Shown in pieces: positions 52,110-64,000 of a DNA stretch of 64,000 bases. Under the pieces are notes generated by a model. That model searched no databases. It was given only the letters and a program-made list of their open reading frames with translations, and was not told the DNA's origin. Source of the DNA: Octopus sinensis (taxonomy: Eukaryota); contig NC_043019.1 in assembly GCF_006345805.1 (NCBI RefSeq), forward strand, positions 6,075,360 to 6,139,359, in the 5' to 3' direction. Within the stretch, counting starts at the first letter, position 1, and every line of letters begins with the position of its first letter. The position numbers were made by a program, and so were the translations under genes.

Positions 52110-53285
52110 TTCAAATTCTTTAGTTCGTTATGATATGTGGTTTACTCCTGAAGAATATGTTTGAGCTTTTCTCAGCATATGAAACTTTTAGTAGCGCTTT
52201 AATACATGTATTGTGCCCTTTAATTAATGTGTGTGTGTATGTGTGTGTATGCTCGACATGCTGAACACGGAATTCACTTTTAATTAATACATCATCCATG
52301 TAGGCCATCGCGAAGTCACGCTCTGCAAGCATCGTATCTATCACGTGTTAGAATATGGCCGGATCAACTTTTATGCCAAACGGGAGCCGGTTAAATTTGT
52401 TTAGACCTTTACGGATACTAATTGTTAGCAGCTTAGTGCATTCGTCTTCCAATTGTATTTGTAAGTAAGCAGCAGAAAGATCTGATCTCGAGAACAATTT
52501 TCCACCGTTTAATTTCGAAATTTCCTCTAGGCTAGGTAATGGGTAGTTCGTTTTGTCCCGCCGAGAAATCTGCACATACACGAAATCTATTGTTCTTTTT
52601 TAAAATACACTGTTGTAGGAGTGGCTGTGTGGTAAGTAGCTTGCTAAACAACCACATGATTCCGGGTTCAGTCCCACTGCGTGGCATCTTGGGCAAGTGT
52701 CTTCTGCTATAGCCCCGGGCCAACCAAAGCCTTGTGAGTGGATTTGGTAGACGGAAACTGAAAGAAGCCTGTCGTATATATGTATATATATATATGTGTG
52801 TGTGTGTGTTTGTGTGTCTGTGTTTGTCCCCCTAGCATTGCTTGACAACCGATGCTGGTGTGTTTACGTCCCCGTCACTTAGCGGTTCGGCAAAAGAGAC
52901 CGATAGAATAAGTACTGGGCTTACAAAGAATAAGTCCCGGGGTCGATTTGCTCGACTAAAGGCGGTGCTCCAGCATGGCCGCAGTCAAATGACGTAAACA
53001 AGTAAAAGAGTAAAAGAGTAAGACGCCCAATCTCAGTAATCGATCTTTTCAGCCACTCCCATTTTTCCAGACTAATTCCTTATTCATTTGTTCCAGTGCT
53101 GCAAACGGTACATTACGTTTGGGGTTCGAAAACTGGTAATTAATTTTCTTTTACCTGTAATTTGGCTTTAAATCTATTGCACCGACCCAGCTCATCCGAA
53201 AAAACATCAGGGAACAACCTTTTCACTTGTTCTTTTTTAATTTTCTGACTTTATTTGAACTGGCTCACGACCCCATCAAATTTTA
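52110..53285 (-). mobile_element. Ty3/Gypsy pol (RT) remnant, split by a SINE A
   Basis: FPDVFSDELG..NVPFAA; RVCADFS; DLSAAYLQIQL; RLPFGIKVDPAIF; AYMDDVLI. Confidence 0.88.
52615..53020 (+). mobile_element. SINE family A, full length
   Basis: Match to family consensus. Confidence 0.92.
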
Positions 53286-53301
53286 CAAAAATTATTAATG
53301 A

Positions 53302-53469
53302 GTAGGAGTGGCTATGTGGTAAGTAGCTTGCTAACCAACCACATGGTTCCGGGTTCAGTCCCACTGCGTGGCATCTTGGGCAAGTGTCTTCTGCTACAGC
53401 CCTGGGCCGACCAATGCCTTGTGAGTGGATTTGGTAGACGGAAACTGAAAGAAGCCCGTCGTATATATG

Positions 53470-53502
<33 letters not shown>

Positions 53503-53712
53503 TTGTGCCTGTGTTTGTCCCCCTAGCATTGCTTGACAACCGATGCTGGTGTGTTTACGTCCCTGTCACTTAGCGGTTCGGCAAAAGAGACCGATAGAAT
53601 AAGTACTGGGCTTACAAAAGAATAAGTCCCGGGGTCGATTTGCTCGACTAAAGGCGGTGCTCCAGCATGGCCGCAGTCAAATGACTGAAACATGTAAAAG
53701 AGTAAAGAGAGT
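53302..53712 (+). mobile_element. SINE family A, full length
   Basis: Match to family consensus. Confidence 0.92.
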
Positions 53713-54194
53713 AAATCCCACAGTTCGAACAGTTCTATCCAGTCAGTGCCAAAAAGGTTCATTGTATTTTTAAATACATAAGCTTCCGCTTATATATTCT
53801 TACCGTGAAATGTGAAATGTAACGTTACAGATAACTTCGCCTTTAAAAAGTAGTTTAATCACTGAGACTCCACGTGCAATCTTCGAGGTTTTCTGTAGTG
53901 TAGGTTTCCCGATTGTTTCTATGTGTTTTAATTAATTAAAGTAATGTAATTTTACATTTGTATTAATTTTTACATTCACAAATTTCCTTTGAGCCTCATT
54001 TCTATTGCTTGTCAACAAACTGTTTACATGATTTTTCCTGCTGAACCGTTTTCTAAGTTTTTATCACAATGAGGTTATTTTATGACCTATCTTACCACAC
54101 TTGAAACATATTCGATTTTTATAAGGACAATCGAATCTGTAGTATAATTCTCCACATTCAAACATGGGTTAATTTTATGCTTTTCGTTTCTTAC

Positions 54195-54278
54195 TTTTGG
54201 TTGCACCGACTGTATATGAGAACAGGTTCTCATTTCAGTTTGTTCCGTATCGTGCCTTAGGTTATTATTCTCTGGCAT
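54195..54278 (-). CDS. Possible first coding exon of an unknown host gene (MPENNNLRHDTEQTEMRTCSHIQSVQPK)
   Basis: ATG after an in-frame stop, phase-0 GTAAGA donor, non-repetitive CpG-richer context; no homology recognised. Confidence 0.2.
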
Positions 54279-54752
54279 TCGTCAGATATTTCTTGTAGCG
54301 TTAGCTTCTGATTCTGCTCTAATTTAGAATTCGGTTACGAATTTCCGCATCTTTCTTTTCCTTTAAACCTTGCACGAAAACTAAAATGGTATTACGCAAA
54401 TCGATAGTCGGTTGTGGTTATCAAAAAAAACCTATCGCAGAAATATATGTTGACACAGAACGCACTCTGCACTACTCGGATGTAGGTACGATACTCAGTA
54501 TTCACTGTTCAACTACCGATTGTTAAACCAATACACGTCGAATCAACACGGTCGAAATAACACCGTCAACTACCCTGCTGACAGTTCACTTAGTTCTTCT
54601 TTATTGTAATCGGTTAGTTCACCTGCAGTCACGTGGTGGTGTTCAGGATTCTTCCATAACAATATATATATTCATAGATATATATATATTCAAATACACA
54701 CACACACACACACACACATACATATTATATATATATATATAATATATATATA

Positions 54753-54809
<57 letters not shown>

Positions 54810-55038
54810 GAAATGAAGAAAATTCTGACAAATAATTTAAGTAATTTAAGTAATTTAATTAGGTGAAAGTTCTTTTTACCGGTTGCGCATTTGTTATGCT
54901 TATCAAAAGATGTTTTTTTAAGAGAGATAGAGTTTCTTTCTGATAGATTTTTTCCTCTTATACATATATATATATATATTTCGTTTTGGGATTTGATTTG
55001 CAAGATTCTTTATATGAGTTCGTGTGTTGAAGCATATT

Positions 55039-55295
55039 CTGTTGTGTCTGGGGAGAGTCATTCTCTTTTAGTGCCTTATTTAACACACTCACCGGTAAAA
55101 TTTCCACTTATTTCTTATTTTTATTTTCCTAAAATGTTGGGTGTAAATAACAGACAGAGTCAAGACTATTGAAAAGGTTGCAAGACGCAACGAAAATTTT
55201 AGGAAAATAAAAATAAGAAATAAGTGGAAATTTTACCGGTGAGTGTGTTGGATAATTAGGCACTAAAAGAGAATGACTCTCCCCAGACACAACAG
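55039..55295. repeat. Foldback (~97-100-bp arms, 60-nt loop) with a hammerhead-like motif at the loop/arm junction
   Basis: 55039-55135 is the reverse complement of 55196-55295. Confidence 0.9.
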
Positions 55296-55480
55296 TATAT
55301 ATATAGCGCAAAGTAAGATAGGGGTTATGAATGTAACCCACTATGGAATATCAGTTATCCAATATACTGTTGGTAAAGTACCCAAATTCTTAATACATAA
55401 ATGTCTTTAATTGCAATGCAATTAATTCATTTATTGTATTAAATAGGTGAAGGTAAAAAATATTTTTACCGTAAATTTAT

Positions 55481-55826
55481 AATACAAATAAGAAAATGAA
55501 GAAACAAATTCAACTCGTTCATCAACTTACGGATATTGCAATTTTACATTATTTATCAATTATACAAATGAGAACATCAAAAGCAAACAAGAGATTATAT
55601 AAATGATTAGGTAATATAATCATAAAAATAATGCAAATACATATTATAATATGACTTTTAAAATATGTATTTGTATTATTCTTATTATTATATTACCTAT
55701 TGATTTATATAATCTCTTGTTTGCTTTTGATGTTCCCATTTGTATAATTAATAAATAATGTTAAATTGTAATATCCGTAAGTTGATGAACGAGATGAATT
55801 TGTTTCTCCATTTTCTTATTTGTATT
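55481..55826. repeat. ~345-bp AT-rich foldback element; second copy at ~56996-57290
   Basis: Arms ~165 bp (AATACAAATAAGAAAATG.. / ..CATTTTCTTATTTGTATT); near-identical copy with shorter left arm. Confidence 0.88.
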
Positions 55827-55827
55827 T

Positions 55828-55942
<115 letters not shown>

Positions 55943-56040
55943 CAATATTAAATAAGTAATTATTTGGATTTTGGGCATATGTGTAGTAGGATGCCGATCA
56001 GAGCACTTTCATGGTTTAGGCTATATGGTTTACGATATAA

Positions 56041-56490
56041 TTGGCAGAAACGTTAGCACACCGGGCGAAATGTGTAGCCGTATTTCGTCTGCCGTTACGT
56101 TCTGAGTTCAAATTCCACCGAGGTCGACTTTGCCTTTCATCCTTTCGGGGTCGATAAATTAAGTACCTATTTCTTTACTACCTACAAGGGGCTAAACACA
56201 GAGGGGACAAACAAGGACAGACAAAGGGATTAAGTCGATTACATCGACTCCAGTGCATAACTGGTACTTATTTAATCGACCCCGAAAGGATGAAAGGCAA
56301 AGTCGACCTCGGCGGAATTTGAACTCAGAACGAAGCGGCAGACAAAATACGCATTTTGCCCGAGGTGCTAACGATTCTGCCAACTCACCGCCTGTTACGC
56401 ACTAGGGTCGATGTAATCCACTCAATTCGTTTGTCTGTCCTTGCTTGTCCCCTCTGTGTGTGGCCCCTTGTGGGTAGTAAAGAAACATAA
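56041..56490. mobile_element. Plus-strand SINE B interrupted by a full minus-strand SINE B (56168-56392)
   Basis: Host copy breaks at AAGTACC| and resumes at GTTACGCACT. Confidence 0.9.
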
Positions 56491-57284
56491 TTGTCACTGG
56501 ATCTACGTCAGGAATTTCACAGTGGTTGTTGAGTTTATAATGAATGAGGGAAACGGAAAATGGTTTTAGCAAGAATCTTTATTTAACACAACGATTATTT
56601 CGACCCATCCTGCATCTGTCCCCTACGGGTGGTATGTGGTAACCTAGTTGTGTCGCATTTATCAAAGCACGCTGTGTCTCATCAGGTGTCTGCCGTCAAT
56701 ACAATGCATTACTACATATACTGAGTTTCGCTTGGCATGTTATGATCGCTCGAAGCATGTTGGGCTACACTGACATAGGATGGAATAATTTCAGGGGTAT
56801 AACCGGCAGATGGGTCTAGCCATAATTCGCGGTGAATACATAACATAAATTACAATAATAAATAATATATGTAAAGTCGAACGAGGGAAATAAGTGCTCA
56901 ACACCACATTGGAGAAAATAATTTCTTTATTTCTGAAATAAGGCTATCATTGGTTTGATGTTAAGAAAAGTAGGACAATATCCTAGTGCCATAACAATTA
57001 CAATTTAACATTATCTATTAATTATACAAATGAGAACATCAAAAGCAAACAAGAGATTATATAAATGATTAGGTAATATAATCATAAAAATAATACAAAT
57101 ACATGTTATAATATGACTTTTAAAATATGTATTTGTATTATTATTATTATTATATTACCTAATCATTTATATAATCTCTTGTTTGCTTTTGATGTTCCCA
57201 TTTGTATAATTAATAAATAATGTTAAATTGTAATATCCTTAAGTTGATGAACGAGATGAATTTGTTACTCCATTTTCTTATTTG

Positions 57285-57346
<62 letters not shown>

Positions 57347-57419
57347 ATATATATCATCGTGAACGACCAAGCTATCAGATGTTGCTACACATCGCTGGTC
57401 ACAATGCGCTTCGCATTGT

Positions 57420-57583
57420 TTTTTAGCCTTCAAATGAGGCCACCCCGCTGGCTAAGCGAGCAGGCCGACAGAAGAAAGAGTGAGAGAAAGTTGTGGCGAA
57501 AGAGTACAGCAGGGATCGCCACCATCCCCTGCTGGAGCCTCGTGGAGCTTTAGGTGTTTTCGCTCAATAAACACTCACAACGC
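57420..57583 (-). mobile_element. SINE family C, partial
   Basis: GAGAAAGTTGTGG..CAATAAACACTCACAACGCC. Confidence 0.8.
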
Positions 57584-57624
57584 CGATCACATGGAGAAAG
57601 GTGCTCGCCTCATGTATATATTTA

Positions 57625-57667
<43 letters not shown>

Positions 57668-57679
57668 CCGCGTGTGTAC

Positions 57680-57871
57680 CGTAGGCGATTTTTTTCTTCC
57701 GTCTTCCTTTCTTTGGATCTTTCCTTTTCCTATGTTTCTGAGAAAGAGCTCCGCTCGAAACGTTAAACCCTCCTTCTTTCCTTCTTTCCTGAGCGTCCAA
57801 TAATACTATACTTGTTCCACGTCCTCGCGTTGTTGTGTTTTCTCTTTGTGTTTTCATGTTTGGATTAACTG

Positions 57872-57875
<4 letters not shown>
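57680..57875 (+). mobile_element. Penelope terminal-repeat fragment with a degenerate hammerhead at 57734-57768
   Basis: GTTT-CTGAGAA-A-GAGC(TCC)GCTC-GAAA-CG-TT-AAAC. Confidence 0.55.
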
Positions 57876-57906
<31 letters not shown>

Positions 57907-57924
57907 ATATATATATATATTATA

Positions 57925-57982
<58 letters not shown>

Positions 57983-58168
57983 ATATATATATATCTAATG
58001 TAGGATAATATTCTTTTCGAAAAAAATTCTTTTCCAAAATAAATTTTATCAATGAAGAATGTTTTTCGAAAAAAATTTTATCCTACATTAGATATAAATT
58101 TAAGCGTTCACTTCCGGACTCTTTCACTCTATGAGAGCATCAGTTCAAATCGCACGTGTCTCGAATGG

Positions 58169-61291
<3,123 letters not shown>

Positions 61292-61399
61292 ATATATATA
61301 TATATTATAAATATATATATATTATATATATATATACATACATATATATTCAAACTATCAAAACAAGCACTTTGACTTTGTATGTAAACAATGTAGTTG

Positions 61400-61800
61400 C
61401 TGTTGGTGAACATTTTAGCACCGATTACATGCTATAGGGAATGAAGTGTTTGGGGCAAAAAAATATCCAATTTTTTGCAATATTACCCATTATGTTGGGA
61501 GAATAGAGTATCAACAAATAGGGGCTCCTCATGTTCATATGAAAATTTGGGTAGATCAAGCACCTTTTTACGATAGCTTCTCCATAAAATGCAAAATTTT
61601 ATAGAACAATATTTTATTTTCAGTTTGCCATCTTCAGTATTGAACCTCACGATCTACAATTTTCCAAATCCCTCAATGCAGCAAAACTTAGGGAGAATTT
61701 ATGGAAAACGAAAAAAATGCGGTCAAAAAAAGTCCATTTGACTTTCTTAAGGTTGAAGAAAGATTTAATTTCTTCACTGTTGCTGAAAGTGTCAAATTAA
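61400..61800 (+). mobile_element. Helitron Rep (HUH endonuclease) fragment
   Basis: VGRIEYQQIGAPHVHMKIWVDQAP at 61494-61565. Confidence 0.75.
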
Positions 61801-61859
61801 GAAGAAATGGAGGTGTTGAAGGGTTTCGTCAACTCCAAAGAAAGTGATCCGAGAAATTT

Positions 61860-62156
61860 ATGAATGATTACAATCCTTTACTGCTTTTAGTATGGCAGGC
61901 ACATTTTTAATATTCTCCCAAAGAGTCTGAGGAACTTGCACAAAATAGATGTAACGGTTTTTAAATCAAAGCTGGACATCTTCCTGTCGAGAGTCCCAGA
62001 TGAACCTACCTCACGGCAAGAGGTGCAAATGAGAGTAGCTATATCAAACTCCATTCTTCACCAAGTGCCACATATTAGAGGAGGCTCTTCGTAATAACAG
62101 TGTAGCACAAAACGGCGGTGCAACAGCATGGCCACAGCTCTGAGCTGAAACAAGAA
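61860..62156 (+). mobile_element. 3' end of a CR1/L2-group LINE
   Basis: FNILPKSLRNLHKIDVTVFKSKLDIFLSRVPDEP..SNSILHQ followed by the 3' tail. Confidence 0.8.
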
Positions 62157-62850
62157 AAACGAAAAAATGAAAAAAAATGTTGACTGGCAGTATTCCAATC
62201 TTTCCTTTATTTATCTTCAGTCAGACTGTGGTCATGCTGGAGCAACAGCATATTGAGAAAAAAAAACAATGTGATGCATTCCAGATATGTGACTAGCTAC
62301 CAAGCAAAAATTGATAAAAGTGAAGCTGCAGGTGTTTGGTTCATCAAATAGCGTGTGCACGTTTTTTGGGCTTTTTATTGCAATTTTTTTTTTATTATCT
62401 AAGTTAATATTTTTTATTGGAAAATTTTTGTGTATTAAGCTAAAACATTTCTAGCTTAGTATTAATGTTACTAGAATGAAAAATAGAAATGTAAATATAA
62501 TTAATTGTAACAATGGAAGCGTTGCCTGAGGGAAAGTATGGACTAGAATGGAAAATGTGAGCGCTGAGTGTTAGAATATTCAAGTGCTGAACCTGGAAAA
62601 GTATAAGACAAGCAGTAATTAAGCCTGGAAAAGTACTGGACGAGGAGGAAAAGACTTCAAATATTGTTGCCGAAGGAAGAATTTAAAAGCTAAAATAGCA
62701 ATAAATACCCTTTTGTATTTTCTACATAAAAGTTCATCTTCAACTTCTCAAGAAGCTATTTATTTTCAATTTTAGTGCAATTTTACAGATTAAAAATTTA
62801 ATAAAAATTTAATGATTTATATGTGTGTGTATGAATGTATGTATGTGTGA

Positions 62851-63005
62851 CGCGGTTGTGTGGTAAGAAACTTGCTTCCCAGCTACCTGGTTCTGAGTTC
62901 AGTTCCACTGCGTGGCACCTTGGGCAAGTGTCTTCTACTATAGCCTCGGGCCGACAAAAGTCTTGTGAGTGGATTTGGTTGATGGAAACTAAAAGAAGCC
63001 TGTCG

Positions 63006-63036
<31 letters not shown>

Positions 63037-63342
63037 ATATGTGTATAGATATAATATATAATATATATATATATATTATATACATAATACATTATACATA
63101 TATACATATATATATGTATATCTTTATCTGTTTGTGTTTGTATGTTCCTCCAACATCGCTTGACAACCGATGTTGGTGTGTTTTATGCCCTGTAACTAAG
63201 CGGTTTGGCAAAAAAGACCGATAGAATAAGTACCAGGCTTACAAAGAATAAGTCCAGGGGTCGATTTCTTCGACTATAAGGCGGTGCTCCAACATGGCCA
63301 CAGTCAAAGTGACAGAAGCAAGAAAAAGAATAAAACAATAAA

Positions 63343-63345
<3 letters not shown>
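62851..63345 (+). mobile_element. SINE family A with expanded internal TA microsatellite
   Basis: Match to family consensus. Confidence 0.88.
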
Positions 63346-63383
<38 letters not shown>

Positions 63384-63579
63384 GTGTACAGTTTGCTCTT
63401 AACCGTGGTTTGGATTTTGACCGTTCTTCCTAGCATGTAAGGTGTCCTCTTAGGGTCACCTTCTTTGTGTTTAAAGGAATTCTGAATTTATATGGAAAAT
63501 ATTGACTATTTTATACATGCTAGGCCACTGGTAGAAAAATTCCTATAATTTTCCTACCTGTATTTTTTCTTATATATAT

Positions 63580-63687
<108 letters not shown>

Positions 63688-63719
63688 CGAATAAGTAACA
63701 AGGATGTCCAGGTATCAGA

Positions 63720-63805
63720 GCATTACGGTAGTTTCAAAGCGGCTCCATTTAATCGATCAATGCAAGCATTACATCAATTTGAAATACACTGCTATCTTCA
63801 GATGC
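63720..63805 (-). ncRNA. Hammerhead-like motif with intact core and long stem II
   Basis: GCAT-CTGAAGA-TAGCAG..CCGCTTT-GAAA-C(TACC)G-TA-ATGC. Confidence 0.65.
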
Positions 63806-64000
63806 GTAAGACCATATAGATTTTCAACACACAGGATACCCCATTATAATGTTTTAGCAAATTTTTCATCAGAACTAGAGAATAAAAGAATTACAATGCT
63901 TACTGTTGTTATTGTAGCAGAATGAACTAAGGGAGAAAATACTTAAAGCCTACCGTAATTCAAAATGGCAGAATATTACAATAGGGGTCAAGAAAGACCA

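Overview
Eukaryotic, AT-rich, repeat-saturated DNA. It is very probably from an octopus, inferred from tRNA-derived SINE families resembling the known octopus SINEs and from heavy TATG/TA microsatellite load. No host protein-coding gene is confidently identifiable; two weak exon candidates are noted. Almost all long ORFs in the track are microsatellite artefacts. Recognisable content: four or more SINE families (about 30 copies), decayed R4/Dong-, RTE-, CR1- and Tx1/L1-like LINE fragments, two Penelope-like elements (RT plus GIY-YIG) with inverted terminal repeats, a Ty3/Gypsy RT remnant, an IR/DR Tc1 element, two other Tc1/mariner remnants, two hAT remnants, two non-autonomous Helitrons and a Helitron Rep fragment. 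A ~5.35 kb unit is repeated about 2.4 times at 9.6-22.6 kb. The most notable signals: (1) more than a dozen hammerhead-ribozyme motifs found by hand, including a near-intact minimal type I hammerhead downstream of an RT-less, ORF1/gag-like reading frame (retrozyme-like element, 3 copies); (2) a Tc1 element that appears to have captured a 2.37 kb copy of neighbouring DNA between GTAAAC duplications; (3) several long foldback hairpins, some tied to hammerhead boundaries.
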